A DNA stretch of 64,000 bases, taken from positions 64,001 to 128,000 of the IMG/VR virus record IMGVR_UViG_3300026549_000039. One strand, given 5' to 3'. The position numbers were made by a program, and so were the translations under genes. This DNA comes from a virus (lineage: Duplodnaviria; Caudoviricetes). Of this stretch, positions 26,833 to 36,289 are shown piece after piece (within the stretch, counting starts at the first letter, position 1; every line of letters begins with the position of its first letter). The notes under the pieces were generated by a model, which worked only from the letters and a program-made list of their open reading frames with translations, was not told the DNA's origin and made no database searches.

Positions 26833-27599
26833 ATTATCCTGTTCATAGATTTTATTTCACTCTGGTGGGCATCGCGTATTTGGTCAATACGAATCAGCCC
26901 ATGCTCCATTTGCTCAAACGCCATATAGGTGGTAAGAACCTGCTCTAACACGTAACTCTTGCTAGGTACAGAAAAGAATCGTATCAGGCCACCTATAATA
27001 GACTGTTCATACTGTATGTACCGTCTGAGTAAACAGCATCCTACCTTTACGCCTCCGTCTGCTGTTAGAATTGTTACATGATTCACGCCTAAAGATTGAG
27101 CTAACTTTCTGTGCAAAGGCCACATCACCTGCATAGCTCCTTTAGCTCTGCCTGCTTTAGTCTTTCTACCAACGGCATCAGCTTTGAAAGTACTTTCAAC
27201 ATCAACGACACCTACAACAAGACCGATAGGCAGGCAGTACATATGAGAATACCTTATGATTGCCTTTGCCATATCCTCCCTTTGCTGCTGAGTAAGGTTT
27301 GGGTTCACATAGTGTATATAGGACATAATATCTATGTAGGTCTTGAAGGTTTCAGCTGTCATTCCCAGCTTTTGACCTTCCTCTTGATGAAACCTATCAA
27401 GAACCATCTGGTACATTGGTTTTGTGTCTGATGCCTCGGCAGGTTTCGCAAATATGAGGTTGTTTGCTTTAACCAACATGTTATAGGCGCTGACCCAAAA
27501 TACAGCGGACAGAATCAGAACAAGTAAGCATAACCATCCTGCAAATGCCATTTCGTTGTCTCCTTTCAGATCCTTATAGGTAAGTTTTCGTAAATACAT
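26817..27599 (-). CDS. Membrane-anchored lytic transglycosylase (SLT domain)
   Basis: N-terminal TM; LVVGVVDVESTF (catalytic E), AKGAMQVM, GVKVGCCLL. Confidence 0.82.
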   Translation of the reverse strand: MYLRKLTYKDLKGDNEMAFAGWLCLLVLILSAVFWVSAYNMLVKANNLIFAKPAEASDTKPMYQMVLDRFHQEEGQKLGMTAETFKTYIDIMSYIHYVNPNLTQQQREDMAKAIIRYSHMYCLPIGLVVGVVDVESTFKADAVGRKTKAGRAKGAMQVMWPLHRKLAQSLGVNHVTILTADGGVKVGCCLLRRYIQYEQSIIGGLIRFFSVPSKSYVLEQVLTTYMAFEQMEHGLIRIDQIRDAHQSEIKSMNRIIKRGR

Positions 27600-27718
27600 G
27601 ATAGGTACCTCCCATTAGTTTGTGTCTGATAATTATAGCACAGTGATACCAAGGTTATACGGAGCACCATTGGTTGTCTGTATAGTAAATCTCTTTTAGG
27701 TCTACAGGACCAGCTATA

Positions 27719-29794
27719 TTGGGCACGACAGATTTGGTGGCTAAAAGCTATAATGGTTCGAGGTCGGCGCAGATAATAAGCAGTGATATCTGCGCCTTTA
27801 TTCTACTACAAGGTGGCGGAACAATCATGTCATTATCAAAGGAAACACTAGTCAGCATGGGTTACAACACATCGTTCTCGGAAAAGATAGCAGGATATCC
27901 AGACAGGCTTTTGGAGTTGAACGGGATCTCAGACCATCAATTAGGATTGGCTCAGTTCTATGAGAATCTAATGAAGCGAACGTCTAGGCTGGCTGATACC
28001 TCGGTGGACTCTAATGCTAACGTAGGTAGCAAAACGACAGCAGCTATCCTCCAGGAGATTGACAAGCCAAGGCAGAGGTTGTACGCATTGAATGGTATTT
28101 GGGAGTACCTGATTAAGAATGACGGGTATGAGCGTGCTGTAGAGGTAATGGACGCTATAATCGGGGGCTTGATCTACCCGCATGACTTACCACTGTTCAT
28201 GTATGACCACTACTGTTATGCCTTCTCTGCTGAGAAACTCATGAAGGATGGCCTGCCGTTTATCCCAAGGCTACCGTCTAAACCAGCCCAGCACGCACGC
28301 AGCTTCATCGCACATGTAAACCAGTTTATCCAGTTTGCGTCAAACCATCAGGCTGGTGCAACTGCTATACCTGGATTGTGGGTAGCTTATGCGTACTACG
28401 CCAAGAAGGACGGCCTCACACTGGAAGGCAGGCAGCAGGATTATCAGGAGTTCATATTTACCTGCAATCAGCCTGTTAGATACTCAGCTCAGAGCCCGTT
28501 CGTGAACGTATCACTCCTGGATAAGTACTACATGCAGGGGCAGTATGGTGATATCTACGACGAGGACGGGCGCGTTGTGGGTCACAAGTTCACCTATCCT
28601 GACGGTTCTTTACCAGACTGGAAGTTTGTGGATCAGATCCAGCGGGAATTTTATGAGTACTTTAATAAGTGTATTGATGACAATGGCAGACCTATTACCT
28701 TCCCTGTTATAACAGCGGCTATGATTAAGGACAAGAAGACTGGGATGCCTGCTGATAGGGAGTTCCTAGAGTGGTTCTGTAGCGAGAATGTCAAGCATTG
28801 TTCTGCAAACATACTTCTTAACTACGATCCGAACAACTTTGCGTCTTGCTGCCGTATGATGAACTACACTGATCCGCTCAAGTACACAAATTCGTTTGGA
28901 GCAGGCGGAGATTCTATTGGATCTTGGGGTGTGGCCACATTGAATTTGGCCGGAATTGCAGGAGAAGGGTTGAAAAAGGACAAAACGGGCTACTCCTACT
29001 CTAAGTTCCTGTCAGACGTTAAGAAGTATGCTGATATGGCTCGCGAGATTGTGGGCATACGCAGGCATTATGTCACCCAGAATATCCAGCGTGGTCTACT
29101 TCCTCTCTTCACGATGGGGTATGTAAAGCCCGAATCGCTGTACTTAACAGTGGGTATTGTTGGGGCATATGAAGCATTGGAGCAGCTTGGCTGTTTCAGC
29201 AGGGATAGAGTTGATAACTGCCTGCATTACTATGTTGACATGCTGGATGTGCTTAATGCCGGTAACAAGGAAGCCAATGATGAGCAGACCAATACTATCT
29301 ACAACCTTGAGCAGGTTCCGGCAGAGAATGCAGCTGTCAAGCTGGCTACGATTGACAGAGTGTTGGGTAGGCACGATTACCAGCTCCTGTCCAACCAGTG
29401 GCTTCCTCTATCCTACAACACAGACATCTTCTCTAGGTTGGAGGTATCTGGCGCTTTGGATACAGCTATGTCTGGCGGCGCTATCGTTCACATATCAGCG
29501 GGGCAGGAGCTAGATGCTAACTCGATGCAGTCCCTTATAGACTATGCGTCAAAGACAGAGAATGTCTACTTTGCTGTTAATTATATGTTTAGCTGCTGCC
29601 ATGATTGCCACTCTATATCTCACTCGGCAAACACTATAGCGTGCCCAAAGTGCGGTGGGAGCAATCTTGATAAGTTTACTAGGGTAGTAGGCTTTATTAC
29701 ACCCCTCGATACCTGGTCCACCCCTAGAAAGGAGGAGAAGAGGATCCAGCTGGATTTACAGATGAAGAATTATGTAGCAGGCAGGGCAGGTTAG
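27719..29794 (+). CDS. nrdD: Anaerobic ribonucleoside-triphosphate reductase (class III), no ATP cone; likely start 27827
   Basis: IYPHDL, QSPFVN, TFPV, SCCR finger loop, EQVPAE, SGGAI, CxxC..CxxC, TRVVGF glycyl-radical motif. Confidence 0.93.
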   Translation: MGTTDLVAKSYNGSRSAQIISSDICAFILLQGGGTIMSLSKETLVSMGYNTSFSEKIAGYPDRLLELNGISDHQLGLAQFYENLMKRTSRLADTSVDSNANVGSKTTAAILQEIDKPRQRLYALNGIWEYLIKNDGYERAVEVMDAIIGGLIYPHDLPLFMYDHYCYAFSAEKLMKDGLPFIPRLPSKPAQHARSFIAHVNQFIQFASNHQAGATAIPGLWVAYAYYAKKDGLTLEGRQQDYQEFIFTCNQPVRYSAQSPFVNVSLLDKYYMQGQYGDIYDEDGRVVGHKFTYPDGSLPDWKFVDQIQREFYEYFNKCIDDNGRPITFPVITAAMIKDKKTGMPADREFLEWFCSENVKHCSANILLNYDPNNFASCCRMMNYTDPLKYTNSFGAGGDSIGSWGVATLNLAGIAGEGLKKDKTGYSYSKFLSDVKKYADMAREIVGIRRHYVTQNIQRGLLPLFTMGYVKPESLYLTVGIVGAYEALEQLGCFSRDRVDNCLHYYVDMLDVLNAGNKEANDEQTNTIYNLEQVPAENAAVKLATIDRVLGRHDYQLLSNQWLPLSYNTDIFSRLEVSGALDTAMSGGAIVHISAGQELDANSMQSLIDYASKTENVYFAVNYMFSCCHDCHSISHSANTIACPKCGGSNLDKFTRVVGFITPLDTWSTPRKEEKRIQLDLQMKNYVAGRAG

Positions 29795-29807
29795 GTGGTG
29801 TACTACC

Positions 29808-30362
29808 ATGTTTTATGATTTGACGGTAGACTATGGAGGAGTGAACTTCCCGAAACCATATAGGAAGAAAGATGTTATCTATATCGGCTTCATAGCTGTT
29901 TTTTCTGGGTGCAATAGAGCTGTTAGTGGGAATCCGTGTCCTGATTGCCAAAACTCTAGCCTGTGGGAACATGCTTGTAAGTCTAGGTTTGATTCTATAA
30001 AGGATATAACAGCATTTGTACATAAGAAGGTTAGCATATTTGATGGAATCAGTGCTGGTAGAGCAGTAAAGTACTTCTACGCTGTTCTAGGTGGGGAGCC
30101 TCTGGATCAAGAAGCTGATGACCTGCGCATTGTGCATAGAGCAGTGCGAGCTGGTTTGGAAAGGCCGGTTCCTAGTGTGCTGTTTACAGGTTACTCATCA
30201 TTGAACCAGAACGGTATAAACGATGGAACCAAGCGTTACGTACTCGAACAGATCAATTATGTTAAGGTTGGGTCGTACCTAGGCGACGCCTACAAGGTTG
30301 ATGGCCTAGAATCTGGACTAGCAACAGCTAACCAGCGTTGGATAATAGTAAACCCTATTTAG
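29808..30362 (+). CDS. nrdG: Class III RNR activase (radical SAM)
   Basis: FSGC..CPDCQN, LGGEPLDQ, FTGY, ATANQ; adjacent to nrdD. Confidence 0.85.
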   Translation: MFYDLTVDYGGVNFPKPYRKKDVIYIGFIAVFSGCNRAVSGNPCPDCQNSSLWEHACKSRFDSIKDITAFVHKKVSIFDGISAGRAVKYFYAVLGGEPLDQEADDLRIVHRAVRAGLERPVPSVLFTGYSSLNQNGINDGTKRYVLEQINYVKVGSYLGDAYKVDGLESGLATANQRWIIVNPI

Positions 30363-30371
30363 AATAAGACA

Positions 30372-30399
30372 AGCCCCGTTCCATAATGGATACGGGGCT
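30372..30399. terminator. Hairpin between convergent nrdG and HU genes
   Basis: AGCCCCGT...ACGGGGCT. Confidence 0.6.
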
Positions 30400-30418
30400 G
30401 TTCCTTTAATGGATAGCT

Positions 30419-30781
30419 TTACTCAGCGTTCAGGTCTGCCTTCAGGGCTTTACCGACCTTCAGCCTCACCGTCCACTGGGCCGGAATGTCGATAATCTCA
30501 TCAGGTTTCTGAGGATTCCTTCCCTGCCTCGGCTGGCGGTAAACAGGCTCCAAGAGGAACAGGTTGTGGGCCGACACAGACTTCTTTTTGGCTAGAGCGT
30601 CACCAATGCATCTGAACGTAGACCTCACGACATCAGCAATCTGAGCCTTAGTAAGATCGTGGTCAGTGCTGGAGGAAACAAGATTTGCCACCTCGTCAAT
30701 CAGCTCACCGTACCCCAATCTCCCATTCAGCTCTTTTGTCGCGGCCTTCTTGGGCTCAACTTTCTTTGCCATAGCAACCAC
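30419..30781 (-). CDS. hup: HU/IHF-family DNA-binding protein
   Basis: ELIDEVA..LTKAQIADVV..F..IGDAL...RQPRQGRNPQ..EIIDIPA...VGKALK. Confidence 0.88.
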   Translation of the reverse strand: MVAMAKKVEPKKAATKELNGRLGYGELIDEVANLVSSSTDHDLTKAQIADVVRSTFRCIGDALAKKKSVSAHNLFLLEPVYRQPRQGRNPQKPDEIIDIPAQWTVRLKVGKALKADLNAE

Positions 30782-30897
30782 ACTACTCCTTTCGAGTATA
30801 AAAATTTAGCGCTACCAACGCTAGTAGCCTAATACTACTACATAACCCTGATTCTATCAAGTGTTTAGATATGGGTATAAAATGTAAGAAAAAGGAC

Positions 30898-30932
30898 TTG
30901 ACAAAGCAGTCATGGGTAAGTATAATACTTAC
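30898..30932 (+). promoter_or_regulatory. Consensus sigma70 promoter with palindromic operator over -10
   Basis: TTGACA-17-TATAAT; GTAAGTATAATACTTAC at 30916-30932. Confidence 0.85.
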
Positions 30933-30968
30933 ATCGTCCAGTGAGGGACGGAGTATTGGGGGTTAAAT

Positions 30969-31199
30969 ATGAAGTTAAAGCAGCTGTTGTGGTTGGGTAT
31001 GGGTTATATCTGGGAAGATGAAGAGTTTATGGAAAAGTTCTGCGCTGATTGCCCGAAGCGTTGTGCATATGGTGAACCAGCACCTGGATGTTTCAGGCTT
31101 GGAACTTACAACGAAATACAGGGGGTGTTATATGAAGCAGCTGAGAAATGTGTTTGTATTCTAACAAGGTATGGAGTACCAGATGAGGATGGTGACTAA
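30969..31199 (+). CDS. Small Cys-rich protein
   Basis: FCADCPKRC; first gene after the promoter. Confidence 0.55.
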   Translation: MKLKQLLWLGMGYIWEDEEFMEKFCADCPKRCAYGEPAPGCFRLGTYNEIQGVLYEAAEKCVCILTRYGVPDEDGD

Positions 31200-31201
31200 A
31201 A

Positions 31202-31615
31202 GTGTCAGGGTATAACTTAGGCATCGAAGTAAACGATGAAGAGTATTGCACTGCACTACGAATTGATGATTCTGTAGATCATCTTGAAGCAATGAACCGG
31301 GCCTTTTGGGCTATTAAGAAGGAATTTTATCCTGAAGGGAAGGATGAAAATCGAGCAAAGTGTAGTTTTAAGTACCTTATCAAGAGTGTGAATTATATTC
31401 GAGCTGCTGTTGAAGCTATTAAGGATGCTCGCTATGAGCTGCACAATGCTATCTATGATCCTGAGTATTATGAAAATTCTCTCTCTACTACGCTTGCTGA
31501 GGAGAGGCTCAAGAAGTTGGACAAGATGTTGTTCTCTCTCGAAAGCTGGGTAGCATACGTCATGTCAACATTGGAGATTACTGAAGATGAGCTCAACAAT
31601 TCAAGAGATGGCTAA
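31202..31615 (+). CDS. Hypothetical protein
   Basis: 137-aa ORF in operon. Confidence 0.55.
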   Translation: MSGYNLGIEVNDEEYCTALRIDDSVDHLEAMNRAFWAIKKEFYPEGKDENRAKCSFKYLIKSVNYIRAAVEAIKDARYELHNAIYDPEYYENSLSTTLAEERLKKLDKMLFSLESWVAYVMSTLEITEDELNNSRDG

Positions 31616-32114
31616 CAAGTTTTCTATCTTAGATGTTGCGTGTGGTGGGCGGACGTTTTACTACAACAAGAACGATCCTGATGTTCTGTTTGTAGATAAC
31701 AGGAACGAGTGCTTTGAACTGTGCGACGGTAGGACTTTCAACATAAGCCCCGATTTAACACTGGACTTTACGAATCTTCCATTTCCGTCTAACAGTTTCA
31801 AGATGGTTATATTTGATCCGCCACATCTTACAAGAGCAGAGGTGAATGGATGGCAGTACAAGAAGTATGGCGTCTTGCCTAAAGATTGGAAGCCTTACAT
31901 TAAGGCAGGGTTCAAAGAGTGCTTCAGGGTTTTGGAGGAAGGTGGTTCGCTGATATTTAAATGGTCTGAGGTACATGTTTTGCTAAATGAAGTGCTGCCA
32001 CTCGCAGCTTACAACCCTGTTATATTGGACAAAGGGCATGGTAGGGGTAGCAGATATGTTGTGTACATAAAATTACCATCGAAACTAAGGGTGGACACAG
32101 ATGAAGCGTTGTGA
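31587..32114 (+). CDS. SAM-dependent (probably amino-/adenine DNA) methyltransferase
   Basis: ILDVACGGR, VIFDPPH, GFKECFRVL...LIFKW. Confidence 0.8.
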   Translation: MSSTIQEMANKFSILDVACGGRTFYYNKNDPDVLFVDNRNECFELCDGRTFNISPDLTLDFTNLPFPSNSFKMVIFDPPHLTRAEVNGWQYKKYGVLPKDWKPYIKAGFKECFRVLEEGGSLIFKWSEVHVLLNEVLPLAAYNPVILDKGHGRGSRYVVYIKLPSKLRVDTDEAL

Positions 32115-32553
32115 TCTGCTAAGAATAGGCAGGCGTTATATGGTACAGGCCATACATCTGGATCCAGTATTAGTGGAGTATCCATCGCCGCCAGTACTGA
32201 ATTGGATGCCTGATCTTATAGGCTGGAAGCTGGATATAGGTTTTGGAGGGACATACGTACTAAACAGCTACATAATTGATGTATGTGCAAACCTAAAGGA
32301 GTTCCGAAAGGATAGTACCAACAAGGCACTGGCTAAGTCTAACTTAGGGCAGAATCGTTACTACTTAACACCGGATGGGTTGGTCCAGAAGGCTGATCTT
32401 CCAGAAGGGTGGGGTCTGATTTACTACAACACTAAAACTAAGAGATGTAGAAAGGTAGTACCAGCAACGTATAGAAGTAGGTTTGATGTGGAACGCCAAG
32501 AGGGACTTTTGCTCAGAAGCGTGGCACAAAACTGCACATGGGAGGATTACTGA
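32101..32553 (+). CDS. PD-(D/E)xK-like phage protein, apparently degenerate active site
   Basis: PDLIGW...IIDVC...RYYLTPDGLV..DLPEGWGL. Confidence 0.5.
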   Translation: MKRCDLLRIGRRYMVQAIHLDPVLVEYPSPPVLNWMPDLIGWKLDIGFGGTYVLNSYIIDVCANLKEFRKDSTNKALAKSNLGQNRYYLTPDGLVQKADLPEGWGLIYYNTKTKRCRKVVPATYRSRFDVERQEGLLLRSVAQNCTWEDY

Positions 32554-32813
32554 TGGGGAGGCCAAAGAATACAATCAGCAGAGATCAAGCCAAGCCAAAG
32601 GCTGCTAATATGTACTTCCGTGTAGATAGCGAGCTGTATCAGAAGTTCTGTAAGATAGCGGCTGTTCAGAAACTGAGCACACCACGCCTTGCTAGGCTTG
32701 CTGTTGAAGAATATGTGCAGAGGAATAAACAGCTGCTACAGCTTCATGACAGTATATGGGATAGCTCAGGGAAACTGAAGCTCAATGTACCAATAGAGGC
32801 TAACTATGACTAG
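32538..32813 (+). CDS. Ribbon-helix-helix DNA-binding protein
   Basis: MGRPK...MYFRVDSELYQKFCKIAAVQKLSTPRLARLAVEEYV. Confidence 0.65.
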   Translation: MGGLLMGRPKNTISRDQAKPKAANMYFRVDSELYQKFCKIAAVQKLSTPRLARLAVEEYVQRNKQLLQLHDSIWDSSGKLKLNVPIEANYD

Positions 32814-33375
32814 TACGCTTGATGAGATCTATAAGAAAGTGCTACCCTATCTTACCATTGATGTAAACAGCATCAGCGATGAGATGGTAAGGCATACAGC
32901 CGGATATGCGTACCTAGCCCAAGAGCTTGCTAGAGCTAAAGGTAAAGCTGCTGACCTCAAGAATAACCTTGAGTACAAGAAAGCTGTTGCACTAATCGAA
33001 AGCAAAGGATTGACTATAACTGACGGGCTGGGCAAAGAGATAGCTGTGACTGACTCTGTAGCAAAAGCGTGTGTAGATGCTTCTGAACCTGTAGCAGAAG
33101 CAAAGAAGGCTCTAGTAGCAGCTGAGAGAGACCTTGCGTTCTGGCAGAGTGTATTGGATGCTATGTATCAGAGGAGCTATATGCTTACCAAACTGGCGGA
33201 CATGCAACAGCATGAGCTGGCACTCGCTGGAAATGAGTACAACGAAGGCGTAAGGCAAAGTTTGAAGTCGGAGGTGGCAAATCAGGACACAAACAGGATT
33301 ACACGTGATGCGTATATGGCAAAAAGGCAGTCCCAACTAGAGACTATGAGAGATGCTGTTAGAAGCAGCAAATGA
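32806..33375 (+). CDS. UvsY-like recombination mediator (putative)
   Basis: Helical protein LTID..ISDEMVRH..YAYL...LDAMYQRSYML, next to SSB. Confidence 0.5.
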   Translation: MTSTLDEIYKKVLPYLTIDVNSISDEMVRHTAGYAYLAQELARAKGKAADLKNNLEYKKAVALIESKGLTITDGLGKEIAVTDSVAKACVDASEPVAEAKKALVAAERDLAFWQSVLDAMYQRSYMLTKLADMQQHELALAGNEYNEGVRQSLKSEVANQDTNRITRDAYMAKRQSQLETMRDAVRSSK

Positions 33376-33391
33376 AAGGGGTAATTAGAAT

Positions 33392-34630
33392 ATGAGTTTA
33401 CTTTGTGGAGGAGAAGCTGGGCGCAAGCCCATGAAGAGGTCTGGGTTCCAGGGTGCAGTGGCTGGTGCTTCTAGCGTGAAAGCAAAAGCTCAGGCGCAGG
33501 CCGGTAGTGGTATCATCAATATGAACAAGCTGAAGAACCTACAGGCCAAAAAGAAGGCTACCTTGGAGGCCTACAAGCTGAATGCCAACGGCCTGTCCAG
33601 GATGCGCTTAGTCAAGCCTATTGGTAACGATGACGTTCCTATGATGTCTGCGGATGCTCACTGGCTTCCTGTTGTGAACGATGATGGCAAGACGATCAAG
33701 CGCAAGGTCTACTGCTACTCGCAGTTTGGGTTTGACTTCTGCCCCATTTGCGCTTTGCATGATGCTCTTAGTGCTGCATCTGACCAGGCTTTGGTGGCTG
33801 ATGGCGATATACTGAAAGCATCTAACAAGTGGGCAGCCTACATCATCAACAGGGACTACATGGCTGGAGCTGAGGACCCTATTTCTGCTCACGACCCGCG
33901 CCAGGACAAGGTTGTGCTGTTCGACAACATGAACCCGAAGATTGCGGACGACATCATCAAGCATCTTGGTATGCGTGTATGGGGTGATGCTTCCGATCCT
34001 GTAAATGGGTATGACTTCGAGATTGAGGGTACACCCAGCGGAAAGATTTTCAACAACTACAAGGTGTCTGACTACGCCCTGTCTCCTATACCCAAGGATT
34101 TCTCGCCGCCCTATGATGAGGCGCTGCTGAAGAACATGAAGCCTCTCTCGGAGATCGTGAAGTACATGCCTAGGAACGATCTACAGAAGATCTTTGATCC
34201 CATTCTGGTAAGCCTCCAACAGGAGAGCGAAGAGGCTGCGGCTATTGTCGCTGCGTTCTCTGATGAGTATAATCAGATGCTGAGAGCCATCGAGGCTGGT
34301 CCTGAAGTCGAGATCGACGAGCAGGAGGTTATCGAGGTGCAGGGAGGTGAGGAGGATGCCGAAGGGCAGGACAATACACTCGAACGGGGGGCTGAAAGTG
34401 ACAGTGAAGCACCCGACGATGAGATCGGGGTCGAAAGCGATGCCGAAGGGGAAAGCGCTGAGGAAGATGCAGAACCTGGAGAGGAAGTCGAGGAACCCTT
34501 AGAGGAAGATGCTGACAATGAGGACGAAGAGGAGGCACCCAAGCAGACTGCTAAGCCTGCTCCATCTACTACCAATAGGAATGCAGCACTCCTGGGCGAG
34601 TTAAAGAACATAGGCAAGAAGAGTAAGTGA
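33392..34630 (+). CDS. gp32-like single-stranded DNA-binding protein
   Basis: HW, CPIC, DASDPVNGYDFEI motifs; long acidic C-terminal tail. Confidence 0.72.
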   Translation: MSLLCGGEAGRKPMKRSGFQGAVAGASSVKAKAQAQAGSGIINMNKLKNLQAKKKATLEAYKLNANGLSRMRLVKPIGNDDVPMMSADAHWLPVVNDDGKTIKRKVYCYSQFGFDFCPICALHDALSAASDQALVADGDILKASNKWAAYIINRDYMAGAEDPISAHDPRQDKVVLFDNMNPKIADDIIKHLGMRVWGDASDPVNGYDFEIEGTPSGKIFNNYKVSDYALSPIPKDFSPPYDEALLKNMKPLSEIVKYMPRNDLQKIFDPILVSLQQESEEAAAIVAAFSDEYNQMLRAIEAGPEVEIDEQEVIEVQGGEEDAEGQDNTLERGAESDSEAPDDEIGVESDAEGESAEEDAEPGEEVEEPLEEDADNEDEEEAPKQTAKPAPSTTNRNAALLGELKNIGKKSK

Positions 34631-34896
34631 ACCTATCAATGAGGAGTTCTCTACTAGCATGTGTTCTTGGTGTTAGCTTAATCTGTAGCCCTGTAAGTGG
34701 CTATACATGGGGCTCGCGAGCTGATCGAAACAGCAAGATTACTCTGTACTCTGAAGATGGAACCCCGGTTCATCAGTGGGTAGTGCCTCAAAGCTATATC
34801 CATGTCAGGGACCACGTTGTTACCATTAACCAGAACGGTAAGAAAACAACAATCCTGATATACACGGGATGGGTAATCATTGAAGATATGGAGTAG
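34627..34896 (+). CDS. Small exported protein
   Basis: Signal-like N-terminus; KITLYSEDG...W. Confidence 0.5.
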   Translation: MNLSMRSSLLACVLGVSLICSPVSGYTWGSRADRNSKITLYSEDGTPVHQWVVPQSYIHVRDHVVTINQNGKKTTILIYTGWVIIEDME

Positions 34897-34964
34897 ACAC
34901 TAGCAACTGTAAGTTGGGCAGGGTGCTATAGGCCTCTGCCCAACACTAAAATGGAGGTGATACG

Positions 34965-35279
34965 ATGCCAGCTCAGGTTGATCCGAATCCAGTAACAAAT
35001 CCGGGAATGGAACTGGAGTGTGTAAACTGCAAAGGAATGTTGGATGCTGGTTTGATTACTACACCTACAGATCCGTGGATATGGCATGTTCCAGAAGGTA
35101 ATGGACCCGATGGACAGGGCACAGAAGTAGGCGGGTTTGAGGACGAAGATAAGACTAGGCCACTTGAAACTAACGCTAAGCATCCACATTGCCCTGTTTG
35201 TGGATCCCATGCTGTAAGAGTACTTAGGACTATCAATTCTGGGAGCAAGAGAGATGACAATGGAACAAGTACCCCTTAG
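34965..35279 (+). CDS. Zinc-ribbon protein
   Basis: CVNC...CPVCGS; GGAGGTG RBS. Confidence 0.55.
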   Translation: MPAQVDPNPVTNPGMELECVNCKGMLDAGLITTPTDPWIWHVPEGNGPDGQGTEVGGFEDEDKTRPLETNAKHPHCPVCGSHAVRVLRTINSGSKRDDNGTSTP

Positions 35280-35736
35280 TATGATTCTAGCTGCTAGGGA
35301 CGTTATGATGTCTGCTACAGCTCTGGCTCTGTACAGAAAGGATAATCCTGGATACTTACACGTAGCGCAAACGTATCCGCATCTTGTATCACAGATGGAT
35401 GACCTTACACTTGGATGGACCGTTCTTCCAAAAGCCATAATTGGTAGTGCTGATGGATTCAAGCGGTACTACGATGTCTATACCCGCAACCTGGAATCTG
35501 GGTTTTATCCAAGCCTGCCCGAAGAAGTAACACCTGAAGAGTACAAGGAAATCATTCTGAAAGCATTAGACTACGCTAAGCAGAACATTCTACCACTGCT
35601 AGAAAAGTTACAGCATAATAAGCAGGTTTTAGTAGGAGACTTATTGCCAGAGGAGGTGAGGAGTATTGGCATTACCGACCCGTCTGAAGAAGACTTCATT
35701 GAAGAAGATGAAGGAGGAGAGGGACCAGAAGATTGA
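35254..35736 (+). CDS. Hypothetical protein
   Basis: 160-aa ORF in operon. Confidence 0.55.
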   Translation: MTMEQVPLSMILAARDVMMSATALALYRKDNPGYLHVAQTYPHLVSQMDDLTLGWTVLPKAIIGSADGFKRYYDVYTRNLESGFYPSLPEEVTPEEYKEIILKALDYAKQNILPLLEKLQHNKQVLVGDLLPEEVRSIGITDPSEEDFIEEDEGGEGPED

Positions 35737-36289
35737 AGCAAAGCTAGAACCTATATATCCATGGACTAGATACGCAATCGGTATTGATCCTGGTTTGAAA
35801 GGTGGTATAGCTTGTATAGACAACCTGCATAATAAGGTTGTGCTCGCAGTAGCAACACCCACTATTCTGGACCAAAAGTCTGGTAAACCTACATATGACA
35901 TCCGAAGTATGAATACAACATTAACGCTGCCATGTACACAGTATCAGGGAGACTGCTCAATCATTATAGAAAGGCAGCAAGCAATGCCACAACAGGGTGT
36001 TGTATCTATGTTTACGACTGGGTTTGGTTATGGTATATGGACAGCGCTGATAGCATTAACTGGTGTACCTGAAGTTATGAAACATGTTGTGAGATCCACA
36101 GAATGGCAGGTAATACTAAGGGGTGAGGATGCTAAAGATGAAACCAAGGCCAAGAGTATAGCTAGAGTACACAGGCTGTTCCCTGATGTAAACCTAGCCC
36201 AAGGCAGGAGGCGTGTTGACTCCGACGGTATAGCTGATGCTATCAACATAGCCCACTATGCTTGCATCAGGATGGTGAGTACAACGTGA
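35666..36289 (+). CDS. RuvC-like Holliday junction resolvase
   Basis: IGIDPGLKGGIA, IIERQQAMPQQGVVSMF..G.GYG, DGIADA. Confidence 0.82.
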   Translation: MALPTRLKKTSLKKMKEERDQKIEAKLEPIYPWTRYAIGIDPGLKGGIACIDNLHNKVVLAVATPTILDQKSGKPTYDIRSMNTTLTLPCTQYQGDCSIIIERQQAMPQQGVVSMFTTGFGYGIWTALIALTGVPEVMKHVVRSTEWQVILRGEDAKDETKAKSIARVHRLFPDVNLAQGRRRVDSDGIADAINIAHYACIRMVSTT

